Below are positions 20,359 through 29,496 of a stretch of DNA of 64,000 nt, in pieces. Made by a program: the position numbers and the translations under genes. Location of the stretch: the NCBI GenBank assembly GCA_963674705.1, contig OY771506.1:4608001-4672000 (forward strand). The letters run 5' to 3'. This stretch comes from Phycisphaeraceae bacterium. Lineage in GTDB: Bacteria; Planctomycetota; Phycisphaerae; Phycisphaerales; Phycisphaeraceae. Below the pieces are notes generated by a model. The model saw nothing but the letters and a program-made list of their open reading frames with translations, was not told the DNA's origin and searched no databases. How positions within the stretch are numbered: position 1 is the first letter of the stretch; every line of letters begins with the position of its first letter.

Positions 20359-21180
20359 ATGCTAAGAGCCCTCCGTCGATACATTAGAGCCTTCGGCTAC
20401 CTCGTGACCGGTCGCATTGATGCGGCGCGCAACTCGCTATCCACGAGCCCGAGTGCGATCAACGCCACATATGAACACATCATCGAGAACAAGAAGCAGT
20501 CGATCCAGCAGTACAAGGACGCCATTGCCCGTCTGATCGTGCAGCACGAGACGAAGATGAGCAAGATCCGCGCGGAGACCGAAGCGATCAACAAGCTGGA
20601 ACAACTCAAGGAGGGCGCGGCGGCGCAGGCGCGGCTGATGGTCGAGCAGATGAAGGCCGACGGTGCAACGATCGAGCAGATAAGGGCGAGTGAGGCGTAT
20701 CAGAAGTGCATGCTCGCGTTTCAGGACTTCAAATCGACGATCGACGAGAAGACGCCGCGCATCGCTGAGCTGGAGGATGATGTGCACGAGATGGACGCCG
20801 CCATCTCCGGCCACAAGGTGCAGGTAACGGAAATGCTGCGGGAAGTGGAACGACTGCGCAGCGAGCAGGCGGAAGCGGTCGCCGAGATCATCACCGCCAA
20901 GGAAGAGGCGGAGTTGAACGATATGCTCGCGGGCATCAGCAAAAACCGCACATCCGAGGAGCTTGCCGACATGCGTGAGTTGCGCATACAGGTGAAAGCC
21001 AATGCGCGTGTATCCAAGGAGCTGGCGGGCACGGATCAAAAAGCGCAGGAAGCCGAGTTCATGCACTACGCGCAAACGAGTAAAACGAGTGATGAATTCG
21101 ATGCTTTGATCGGCCTGGCGGATAAAACAGACACCGCCGGCGGGGACATGCCCGAAAGCGAATCAAAGCTTCGGGAATGA
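20359..21180 (+). CDS. PspA/IM30 (ESCRT-III superfamily)-like coiled-coil protein
   Basis: Basic amphipathic N-terminus (MLRALRRYIRAFGYLVTG); all-helical heptad pattern; acidic C-terminus (DEFDALIG); operon context with flotillin. Confidence 0.6.
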   Translation: MLRALRRYIRAFGYLVTGRIDAARNSLSTSPSAINATYEHIIENKKQSIQQYKDAIARLIVQHETKMSKIRAETEAINKLEQLKEGAAAQARLMVEQMKADGATIEQIRASEAYQKCMLAFQDFKSTIDEKTPRIAELEDDVHEMDAAISGHKVQVTEMLREVERLRSEQAEAVAEIITAKEEAELNDMLAGISKNRTSEELADMRELRIQVKANARVSKELAGTDQKAQEAEFMHYAQTSKTSDEFDALIGLADKTDTAGGDMPESESKLRE

Positions 21181-21228
21181 ACCAGCCGGCGGCGTCGTTG
21201 TTTAACAATTCGAAAAACAGAATCTGAA

Positions 21229-22362
21229 TCAGCGGTGTTTACGACGCAGTGCTGTCGCACCGGCGCCCGCTGCCAGCAGCATCATGGCGCTGGGTTCGGG
21301 GACGGCAGCAACCGGTGGTGTGCCGGCGTTCCAGTTATTCAAAATCTGATCCAGGTCTTCCAGCCCGACGTAGCCGTCACCGGTCGGATCGCCTTCCAGG
21401 GGATTGCCTGGGGTGACGTTCTGGTTCCAATTGCCCAGAACGATGTCCAGGTCATCGAGCCCGACGAAGCCGTCACCGTTCAGATCGCCGACCAGGCTGA
21501 CCGTACCGTCATCACCGGCAGCGATAGGCGAATCATCATCGGTGAATGCCCAGCGCAGGATCTGGATTTCAGGATGGCTGTAGGCGGTGATAGGTTTGGG
21601 GCTGGTTAGTCCATCATGCGTACCTTCGCGGACGACGACTTCGATCCAGCCGTAGCCGCTCCCGGTGCCGGTAGAAAGCCCGGTGATCTTGAACCCGACA
21701 TAGGAAGGTGTGCCGGGGTTACCGGTGGCATAGAGGTTGTCCGTGTTGTCAGGGACGCCGTCCCAATCCCCGGGCCTGCCGGAGCCGCGCATCATACCGG
21801 AGTATGAACCGAGGTTATTGTCGTTGCCATCACCGATCACTTCCCCGGCGTTGAAGCCTTGCAGCTTCATCTTTGTGGAGCTGGTAGATGGTAAGCCATC
21901 TTCGTCCGGATTATCCGTGTCATTGCTCAGAAGCGTCACCTGTCCGGAGCCGTAGACGAAGCCGTAGGCATAACCGACCTTGGTGCTGTTGCAGATCAGG
22001 TAGCCGCCGTAGTTCCCGCCACGGAAGAAGTTGACATCACCGGTGTTGTTTCCATCAAGGTCGATGCCCCATGCGGTGGTGACCCCGTAGGTGCCGCCAT
22101 ATTGATAGCCAAAGCCCTCGGTGGCCCAACCGATTGAACGGAAGGGGTAGTTGCCGGGGTAGTAGGCGTCTTCGATCGGTGCCGGTTCGTTGGGGTTGCC
22201 AACCAGGCTCTTGGTGAGAAATTCGGGCGCATCGACTGTGGTAATCGTCGCATAGGCGGCGTTGCCGAATGCGAAGCTGCCCAACCCTGCCGCGGCGGTG
22301 TATCGAGCAAGCCGACTCGCTACACTTGCTTCTCCATGGCTCTTACTGACTGCTTGGTTCAT
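21229..22362 (-). CDS. PEP-CTERM protein with RLARYTAAAG leader, uncharacterised domain and dockerin-like tail
   Basis: Leader SRLARYTAAAGLGSFAFGNAAYA; YVGFKI...GYGWIEV...RWAF; two GDxxGDG(F/Y)VGL repeats; ends VPEPSAMMLLAAGAGATALRRKHR. Confidence 0.8.
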   Translation of the reverse strand: MNQAVSKSHGEASVASRLARYTAAAGLGSFAFGNAAYATITTVDAPEFLTKSLVGNPNEPAPIEDAYYPGNYPFRSIGWATEGFGYQYGGTYGVTTAWGIDLDGNNTGDVNFFRGGNYGGYLICNSTKVGYAYGFVYGSGQVTLLSNDTDNPDEDGLPSTSSTKMKLQGFNAGEVIGDGNDNNLGSYSGMMRGSGRPGDWDGVPDNTDNLYATGNPGTPSYVGFKITGLSTGTGSGYGWIEVVVREGTHDGLTSPKPITAYSHPEIQILRWAFTDDDSPIAAGDDGTVSLVGDLNGDGFVGLDDLDIVLGNWNQNVTPGNPLEGDPTGDGYVGLEDLDQILNNWNAGTPPVAAVPEPSAMMLLAAGAGATALRRKHR

Positions 22363-22532
22363 CTTGTTTTTCCTCCAAAATGTGGCCGTCCAAAGTATTG
22401 GGGACGGTGAAAAGCGAACGGTAAACGTGCTGCCGAATTCTCGTGCGTGGGTCAGACCATGCAGAGCTGCCGTGGTCCGAATCCTACACTTCCATGATCT
22501 ATATATACGTCCTGGTTGTCATTGATGATACC

Positions 22533-22565
22533 TAATATATTGCCCCAAGAGATTAATATATTGTC
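22533..22565 (-). promoter_or_regulatory. Direct-repeat operator candidate (GACAATATATTA-N9-GGCAATATATTA)
   Basis: 21-bp period; the same motif is seen upstream of several other units in the window. Confidence 0.6.
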
Positions 22566-22585
22566 TGGCCAGTGTGTGCGTATCG

Positions 22586-24601
22586 CTAGTTGTCTATCTC
22601 CAACTCCTGGCCCCTGAGGTTTCGGATGGCCAGGTCGTGTTTCCATGCCGAGTCATTTTCCCGGCCGGTCTGGCGGTAGAGCGAGGCGAGCAGCCGTTTG
22701 GCCCGTTGCATGCTGGGCGCGACATGGACCGCCGTCTCCAGGGCGAGGATGGCTTCGTCATGCCGGTCCAGGTGGGCCAGCGCGGCGCCGAGGACATAGT
22801 GTGATATCGCGAGTTGATGGGTCAGCCCCACCGCACGCAGCGCGAAGTCGATCGCCTGGTCGTATTGTTTGCGTTTGAGCGCGACACGTGCCCGGCCCTG
22901 CCATGCGTGGGCACGCTCCTCATCAAGCTCAAGTGCGCGGGCAAACGCATCGTCTGCTTCATCGAGTCGGTTAAGAGACAACATGGCGCTACCGATGGTG
23001 GTCAAGCCCTGTGAGTTGTCGCTTAACTCGCCGGCACGCTCCAGGCATTGCAGCGCCTCCTCCGGCTTACCGTCACTGACGTATATCTGTGCGTAAAGCA
23101 TCTGGCCGAGTGGGCGTTCGAGTCGCTTCGCAGGCAGCTCATTAAGTATCTGTTTACAGTCTTCGTATCGCCCCATACTCGCGAAGCACAACGCCAATTC
23201 AACGCAGCAATGTTCGCGGAATTCGGCATCTTCAACCTTGTCACACTGATCGATCAACTCACGCCACGCATCGACGGCTTCATCTTTGCGTGGGCCATAC
23301 GCCAGCGATGTGGCTCGATAGAGTTTTTGTGAACGGAGGGTTTGTTTTACGGTTTTCTCAACATCATCGCCCGGTTTTTCGATATACCCCAACTCCACGA
23401 GCTGGCGGATAGACTCGGCTTCGGCGGCGGGATCGCTCCTGACATCTTCAGGATGCAGGCCCGGATCACCTTCATCGAAGGTCTCCCAACTGATGCGTTT
23501 CTCGGCTTCGACGGGTTTGTCGAAAAGTTCCAGCCAAGGCCTGCCCTCCATGTCCGAACCGATCGGCAAGCCTAGTAAGGCCAGGATTGTCGGCGTGATA
23601 TCCAGCAACGTCGCACCGTACAACCTGTCGTTTTGCTTTATCCCCGGGCCCGCCGCCGCCGCAACACCGAACGGGCGGTGCCAGGAGATGGGGTTATCGT
23701 AGCCATCCGTACCGGGTCGCAGGCCCTGGCTGTGGAAACCATGATCGCTGACGAGGATGACCGTGGTGTCTTCGCCCGCGGCCTGCATCATCGCGCCGAG
23801 CATCATGTCCTGGAAACGGTAGGCACCGGTGACGCATTGTCCGTAGAGTTCGGCATCCTTCGGGTTGATACCTTCAACCGCGGGCGGGTGGTATGGCATA
23901 AACGTGTGGCCGAAGTGATCGATCGCATCGAAGTATACGGCCATGAAGTCCCATGGCTCGCTGATCATCGTGTGCATCGCGGCCGCCTGGATCGTCGACA
24001 TTTTCGCGATAAGCTTCGCGAGTTTTTCAAGCCGGTCATCTTTTTCCTGATCGATCTCAGCGGCGCGAGGCACGAATGATGTGATCACCTCACCAAGTAG
24101 AGAAGGTTCGACGATCAGGTCAATAAGCGCCGGGCCAAGCCGGTCGGGATGGATCATGCCGGGGCGCTGGCCACGGTAGCGCGGGCGCAGCGTCGGTTGC
24201 ATGCAGTAACGGTCGGTGATCACACAGCCGTTGATGGGTTCGGCGGGGTAACTGGCGAACCAGTTAACGACGTTGGACTTCAATCCGTTCTGCGAGAGGA
24301 TATTCCAAATCGCTTTGCACTTACGGCTGGTGCTGCAGACCGGACGGATGCCGGACGCATCGGGCATGGGTTCAACGAAGTCGTAAATCCCGTGGCGGTC
24401 GGGCATCTTGCCTGTCGCGATCGAGTTCCAGAGCATGGGAGAAAGAATGGGCTGGAGCGTCGCGATCTTGCCATGGATGCCACGGTCCATCAGCGACTTG
24501 AACGCGGGCATCTGCCCACGATCCAGAAGTTCGTTGATGATGACCCAGTCGGCGGCGTCCCAACCGACCAGCAGCACCTTCTTCGCCAGACGTTCTGACA
24601 T
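22586..24601 (-). CDS. Alkaline-phosphatase-superfamily (type I phosphodiesterase/NPP-like) protein with C-terminal TPRs
   Basis: KVLLVGWDAADW; ATLQPILSPMLWNSIATG; YFDAIDHFGH; LVSDHGF; QLVELGYI; TPR-like helices; no signal peptide. Confidence 0.82.
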   Translation of the reverse strand: MSERLAKKVLLVGWDAADWVIINELLDRGQMPAFKSLMDRGIHGKIATLQPILSPMLWNSIATGKMPDRHGIYDFVEPMPDASGIRPVCSTSRKCKAIWNILSQNGLKSNVVNWFASYPAEPINGCVITDRYCMQPTLRPRYRGQRPGMIHPDRLGPALIDLIVEPSLLGEVITSFVPRAAEIDQEKDDRLEKLAKLIAKMSTIQAAAMHTMISEPWDFMAVYFDAIDHFGHTFMPYHPPAVEGINPKDAELYGQCVTGAYRFQDMMLGAMMQAAGEDTTVILVSDHGFHSQGLRPGTDGYDNPISWHRPFGVAAAAGPGIKQNDRLYGATLLDITPTILALLGLPIGSDMEGRPWLELFDKPVEAEKRISWETFDEGDPGLHPEDVRSDPAAEAESIRQLVELGYIEKPGDDVEKTVKQTLRSQKLYRATSLAYGPRKDEAVDAWRELIDQCDKVEDAEFREHCCVELALCFASMGRYEDCKQILNELPAKRLERPLGQMLYAQIYVSDGKPEEALQCLERAGELSDNSQGLTTIGSAMLSLNRLDEADDAFARALELDEERAHAWQGRARVALKRKQYDQAIDFALRAVGLTHQLAISHYVLGAALAHLDRHDEAILALETAVHVAPSMQRAKRLLASLYRQTGRENDSAWKHDLAIRNLRGQELEIDN

Positions 24602-24647
24602 AAACTGACCTCTATCCTCACGGCCCCTTATTGTACTTGCATCTGTT

Positions 24648-24690
24648 AAGAAACCGGCCGACGTTTTGAAGCGCCGGCCGGTTTTTATTT
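24648..24690. terminator. Intrinsic terminator-like hairpin, possibly bidirectional
   Basis: aaaccggccgacgtt..aagcgccggccggttt, flanked by A- and T-tracts. Confidence 0.65.
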
Positions 24691-24858
24691 GCAGGTTTTC
24701 TTACGTCAACTAGGCAAATTACCCAGATCAACTTTGAGCAAATCGGGATCGGTGCCACACTTTGACTCCGAAGGAGCAATGTGTGCGGGGGCCAGCACAC
24801 CTTGTCGCTGTGCGATCAAGATGTGGCACCCGATACACCGAAAGTCAATCCAAAAACC

Positions 24859-25620
24859 TCATTTACGGCGACGCAGGCCCATCGCACCGGCACCGGCGGC
24901 AAGCAACGCCAATGTGCTTGGTTCGGGCACCTCACCGGCAGCGATCGTCGAGCCATCGTCCGTATAGGCCCAGCGTGTCAAGGTGATCGTCGGCAGTGAG
25001 CCACCGCCCAGATCACTGACAATCACTTCGATCCAGCCGAAACCGTCGAATGTGCCGTTGTTGTCGATGTCGATCTTGAAGCCGATGTACGACGGGTCTA
25101 CGCCGTTGTACGGCACACCCTGCCAGTCGCCGCCGGCGTAAAGATCGCGGAGGATATTCTTGTTGTTGGTGCTGGCGTCCGTGTCGTCGTCGCCGATAAT
25201 CTCACCCGCGTTGAAACCATCCAGCGAGCGGACGGTGCCGTTGCCATCGGGGTTGTCGGGGTTGTTCAACAGTACAACCTGGCCCGACCCGGAGATGGAG
25301 CCGTAAGGCGTACGGTAACCGATGATGTCGGTGCGACCGATGAGGTATCCGCCGTAGTTGCTGCCTTGGAAGAAACCGACATCGAGCGTCGCGCCGTCGC
25401 CGACGATGTCGACGCCCCAGGACTGCCCGCCATAAGGCTGTGCGGTTTCAGAGACCCAGCCCTTGGTTGCGCCCTGGACGCCGAAGTCGACCGGGTCATA
25501 GACGATGATCGTGCCTTGCGCAGCCGTGCCAAAGGCAAAAGCGCCCATGCCCGCGGCGGCGGAATACATGACCAGCCGCTTGGCCGAATCCGACCTTAGT
25601 TCCTGAGTATTCTTTCTCAT
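24859..25620 (-). CDS. PEP-CTERM protein with RLVMYSAAAG leader (paralog of 21229..22362, no dockerin)
   Basis: KRLVMYSAAAGMGAFAFGTAAQG; shared blocks NYGGYLI, GSGQV, GFNAGE.IGD, PSY.GFKI, G.GWIEV; ends VPEPSTLALLAAGAGAMGLRRRK. Confidence 0.8.
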   Translation of the reverse strand: MRKNTQELRSDSAKRLVMYSAAAGMGAFAFGTAAQGTIIVYDPVDFGVQGATKGWVSETAQPYGGQSWGVDIVGDGATLDVGFFQGSNYGGYLIGRTDIIGYRTPYGSISGSGQVVLLNNPDNPDGNGTVRSLDGFNAGEIIGDDDTDASTNNKNILRDLYAGGDWQGVPYNGVDPSYIGFKIDIDNNGTFDGFGWIEVIVSDLGGGSLPTITLTRWAYTDDGSTIAAGEVPEPSTLALLAAGAGAMGLRRRK

Positions 25621-25756
25621 GCAAACCCTCCTTAAGTGATTTGAAATCCAGCGATACAGCCCAAACGACCGGCAGATGCCCCCCGGATTGTCCCCCGGAC
25701 AACTGGAAGGCCGATCAGCTTATTGAATATTAACGTCAATCGCGCCAGGATCGCCC

Positions 25757-25789
25757 AAGCATTTTGTCTCTTTGGTATACTATGTTGCC
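25757..25789 (-). promoter_or_regulatory. Direct-repeat operator candidate (GGCAACATAGTA-N9-GACAAAATGCTT)
   Basis: 21-bp period; lies in the divergent region between the PEP-CTERM gene and the XylR-type regulator. Confidence 0.45.
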
Positions 25790-25826
25790 AAATCGGCGTG
25801 GCCGCATGGCCCGGAGACGTAGCCAA

Positions 25827-26993
25827 ATGTCCAAACTGCAGCATGTTGCATTGTTAATCGAAGCGGACCGTTCGCTGGACCGGGGCGTGGCGTACGGCGT
25901 CGGGGACTACCTGCACGACCACCCGAACTGGTCGCTGTTCGTCGACAAGGGTGACCTCAAGTGGTCCGACTTCCGCAGTTGGCATGCCAGCGGCGTGATC
26001 ACGAGCACCAGTTTGCTAGCCAGCCTGCCCAAGCAGCAGATCAGTCGGCTGAACGTTCCGCTGGTGGCATTCGGTGGGCCGGAGAAAGACGAGCGGATCA
26101 CACAGTGGCCCACGGTGATGTCCGACCAGGTCGCGATCGGCGAGATGGCGGCCGAGTACCTGATCAACCAGGGCCTGAATCACTTTGCGTTCTGCGGGCC
26201 CGAGCAGGTTGATATGGACCCGTGGTGGCGGATGCGCGTTGAAGGGTTTGCGCGACGCTTGAGCGCTTCGGGTTTCGACTACACGTTGTACAAACCCAGC
26301 AAGTCATTGCAGGTCTGGGGCAAGCGACAGGCGGCGCTTGAGAAGTGGCTGCGCGGATTGGAAAAACCGGTGGGGATCATGGCGTTTTTCGATGAGCGTG
26401 CGCGCGAGTTGATCGAAGCGTGTCGGATCGCGGAAATCGCTGTTCCAGGCGAGGTTTCCATCATCGGCGTCGACAACGATCAATGGCAGTGCAACCTGTC
26501 AAAACCCACAATTACCAGCGTGGATACGGGCATCCGCAGGATGGGTTATGAGGTGGCGTCGCTGATGGATCGTCTATTGATGGGAGAACATATCACCGAG
26601 CAACCGGTGATGTTGCCACCGGAGCGTGTGGTGGAGCGTGGCTCGACGGAATACCTGGGCTTTACGAACTCTGCCGTAGCCGAAGCGGTGAAGTACATCC
26701 GCACCCATGCATGCGATCCCATTACGGTGACGGATGTGTTGGACGAGGTAGGATTGTCGATGTCGAAAGCACATCGCGACTTCAAGGCAGCGCTCGGCCG
26801 CAGCGTGCACCAGGAGATCCAGCGCGTACAGATGGAGCAGGTCAAGCATCTGCTGGTGACAACGAACCAATCCATCAAGCAGATCGGTTACGCGACGGGA
26901 TTCGAGAACACGAAGTACATGTCGAAGCTGTTTCACAAGCTGGTGGGCCAGACACCGAGTGAATTCCGCCGATCTCATTCACTGAAAGTGTGA
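25827..26993 (+). CDS. XylR-type regulator (periplasmic-binding-protein-like domain + C-terminal AraC HTH)
   Basis: HVALLIE...; VPGEVSIIGVDND; VVERGST; AraC tail IKQIGYATGFENTKYMSKLFHKLVGQTPSEFR; ggag RBS before ATG 25827. Confidence 0.88.
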   Translation: MSKLQHVALLIEADRSLDRGVAYGVGDYLHDHPNWSLFVDKGDLKWSDFRSWHASGVITSTSLLASLPKQQISRLNVPLVAFGGPEKDERITQWPTVMSDQVAIGEMAAEYLINQGLNHFAFCGPEQVDMDPWWRMRVEGFARRLSASGFDYTLYKPSKSLQVWGKRQAALEKWLRGLEKPVGIMAFFDERARELIEACRIAEIAVPGEVSIIGVDNDQWQCNLSKPTITSVDTGIRRMGYEVASLMDRLLMGEHITEQPVMLPPERVVERGSTEYLGFTNSAVAEAVKYIRTHACDPITVTDVLDEVGLSMSKAHRDFKAALGRSVHQEIQRVQMEQVKHLLVTTNQSIKQIGYATGFENTKYMSKLFHKLVGQTPSEFRRSHSLKV

Positions 26994-27170
26994 ATCGAGG
27001 CGCTGCTTCACTTTTTGGACATATCAGAGTTATTTGATCATGATCCACGCGCTTGCGCGTGGGGCTGTTGACGATGTGCTGCAATAGGGACGCTGGGGCA
27101 CGTGGTGGGCTTGGTGATATTGTGCCCAGGAAGGTTGACAATATATTATGTCATTGGTATACAATTATGC

Positions 27171-28613
27171 ATGATGATTGTCGGGTGGTTCCTGGCTGCC
27201 TTTGGGCGGCAGGGGTTCTGGCTGCTACCAGCGTGCCTCTGCCTGGCTATCGTTGCATGCTCACATCAACCCCAGCAGCAGACCGAAGACGGGCGCATCG
27301 TCGTTGAATATTGGGAACACTGGACCGGGTTTGAAGGCGAAGCCATGCAGGCTGTCGTCGACGACTTCAACGCTTCGCAGAACCGTATCTATGTCAAAAA
27401 ACTGACGGTGAGTCAGATGGATCAGAAGGTGATCCTGGCGACCGCGGGTGGGAATCCGCCGGATGTGGTTGGATTGTGGTCGTACAACGTGAGTACGTAT
27501 GCGGAAAAGGGCGCGTTGACGCCGTTAAATAAATACCTGGAAGCAGAGGGAATCACGGAGGCAGACTACATCCCGGCGTTGTGGGATTTGTGCGAGCATC
27601 GCGGATTCATGTGGGCGCTGCCATCGACGCCGGCCACGATTGCGCTGCATTGGAACCGACGCTTGTTCAAAGAGGCGGGGCTCGATCCGGATGAGCCCCC
27701 CACTTCGATCGAAGAACTCGACGCCATGGCTGAGCGATTGACGATCGTAGAGATCAAACGCGATGGTGTGAAACAGCGCGTGCGCTACACAGACCTGACA
27801 CAGAGCGGACGCGACAGTAAAGACTTCGACATCGTTCAGCTTGGTTTCAGCCCTAATGAGCCGGGCTGGTGGAAGCAGATGTGGGGCTACTGGTTCGGCG
27901 GGGATTTGTGGGACGGGCAGCGAACCATCACCGCCGATAGCAAAGAGAATATCGATGCGATGACCTGGCACGGAAGCTATTCGCAGAAGTACGGCGTTGA
28001 TAACGTGAAGAAGTTCAGCGCATCGTTCGGCGCTCACTTCGCCTCGCCACAGAATCCATTTCTGGATGAGCGTGTAGCGATGGTGATTCAGGGCGTGTGG
28101 ATGTACAACTTCATCGAGAAGTATTCACCGCAACTGGACTGGGCGGCCGCGCCATTCCCGTCGATAGATCCACAAACGTTACCTGATGTGACGATCATCG
28201 ACTGCGACATCCTCGCGATCCCTGCGGGCGCGAAACATCCTGATGAAGCGTTTGAATTCATCAGTTACGTCAATTCGCAGGGGCCGATGGAGAAACTTTG
28301 CCTGGGGCATCGTAAATTCAGCCCGTTAACAACTGTCAGCGACGGCTTCATCGAGCAGCATCCCAATCCGTACATCAAAGTTTTTATCGACCTGGCGCAC
28401 AGCCCCAACGCGCGTACGACACCTCAGATGTCCATCTGGCAGGAATACAACGAGGAGTTATCCGTGGCGGCCGACCGTGTGTTCGGCGCGATCATGCCGG
28501 CGGATCAGGCGATGCGGTACGTGGAAGAGCGTGTGCAATGGAAGTTCGACCGCGCGCTGCGCCGCTGGGACCTTACCAAAGACGAACGTATCAAACACTG
28601 GACCGAGCAATGA
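27171..28613 (+). CDS. Sugar ABC transporter substrate-binding lipoprotein (family 1)
   Basis: Lipobox LAIVAC; AGGNPPDV; LHWNRRLFKEAGLD; AIPAGAKHPDEAFEFISY. The start is approximate. Confidence 0.88.
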   Translation: MMIVGWFLAAFGRQGFWLLPACLCLAIVACSHQPQQQTEDGRIVVEYWEHWTGFEGEAMQAVVDDFNASQNRIYVKKLTVSQMDQKVILATAGGNPPDVVGLWSYNVSTYAEKGALTPLNKYLEAEGITEADYIPALWDLCEHRGFMWALPSTPATIALHWNRRLFKEAGLDPDEPPTSIEELDAMAERLTIVEIKRDGVKQRVRYTDLTQSGRDSKDFDIVQLGFSPNEPGWWKQMWGYWFGGDLWDGQRTITADSKENIDAMTWHGSYSQKYGVDNVKKFSASFGAHFASPQNPFLDERVAMVIQGVWMYNFIEKYSPQLDWAAAPFPSIDPQTLPDVTIIDCDILAIPAGAKHPDEAFEFISYVNSQGPMEKLCLGHRKFSPLTTVSDGFIEQHPNPYIKVFIDLAHSPNARTTPQMSIWQEYNEELSVAADRVFGAIMPADQAMRYVEERVQWKFDRALRRWDLTKDERIKHWTEQ

Positions 28614-29494
28614 CGCGCAAGCAACGCCACAACCTGCGGCTCGGTCTGCTGTTCATCAGCCCGTGGATCGTCGGCTTCCTGATTTTCGGAGCGTACCCGA
28701 TCGTGATGGCGGTCTACTATTCGTTCTGTGATTACGATGTACTGCGCGACGCGGTGTGGGTCGGGCCATTGAATTACCAGGACATGGTCACGGACGATGT
28801 GTTCTGGAAGTCGCTTTACAACACGCTGTTTTACACCGTGGTTTCGGTGCCGTTGAGCCTGACGTTGGCGTTGATGATCGCTGTATTGCTGAATCGGCCG
28901 ATCCTGGGCCGGTCTCTGTTCAGGACGTTCTTCTACATCCCCGCGATCGTCCCGCTTGTGGCGGTCAGCATGATCTGGATCTGGGTGTTTGAAGGCGAAT
29001 CGGGTTTATTGAATTACGGATTGAGCCTGATCGGGATCGAAGGCCCGCAATGGTTGAACGATGCGTCATGGACGAAGCCGACGCTGATCCTTTCAAGCGT
29101 CTGGCAGACCGGCGGCGCGATGGTGCTGTTTCTCGCGGGGTTACAGGATGTGCCGCGTTCGCTTTATGAATCGGCTGACCTCGACGGTGCGGGACCGGTT
29201 GAGCAGTTACGACACATTACGATCCCGATGATTTCACCGGTGTTGTACTTCAACCTGGTGATGGGGATCATCCTGTCGATCCAGGAATTTGTGAAGCCTT
29301 ACATCATGATGCCGAACGGCGGAGAGGACCGCTCCGCCCTACTGTTTGCGGTGTATATCTATCAAAACGCTTTCCAGTACAACAACATGGGCTACGCGTG
29401 TGCGATGGCGGTGGTGTTGTTTGCGATGATCCTGTTATTGACCTGGCTTGCGACCAAAGCGATGGCGGGCCACGTGTATTACGGCGGAGACTGA
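28610..29494 (+). CDS. Carbohydrate ABC permease (MalF/UgpA-like)
   Basis: ATG overlaps the SBP stop; LFISPWIVGFL; EAA-like loop LQDVPRSLYESADLDGAG; MGYACA. Confidence 0.9.
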   Translation: MTRKQRHNLRLGLLFISPWIVGFLIFGAYPIVMAVYYSFCDYDVLRDAVWVGPLNYQDMVTDDVFWKSLYNTLFYTVVSVPLSLTLALMIAVLLNRPILGRSLFRTFFYIPAIVPLVAVSMIWIWVFEGESGLLNYGLSLIGIEGPQWLNDASWTKPTLILSSVWQTGGAMVLFLAGLQDVPRSLYESADLDGAGPVEQLRHITIPMISPVLYFNLVMGIILSIQEFVKPYIMMPNGGEDRSALLFAVYIYQNAFQYNNMGYACAMAVVLFAMILLLTWLATKAMAGHVYYGGD

Positions 29495-29496
29495 AC

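Noticed and set aside
19427..21075. Minus-strand ORFs of 253 and 212 aa
   Set aside because: They are antisense shadows of the ATPase and PspA-like genes.
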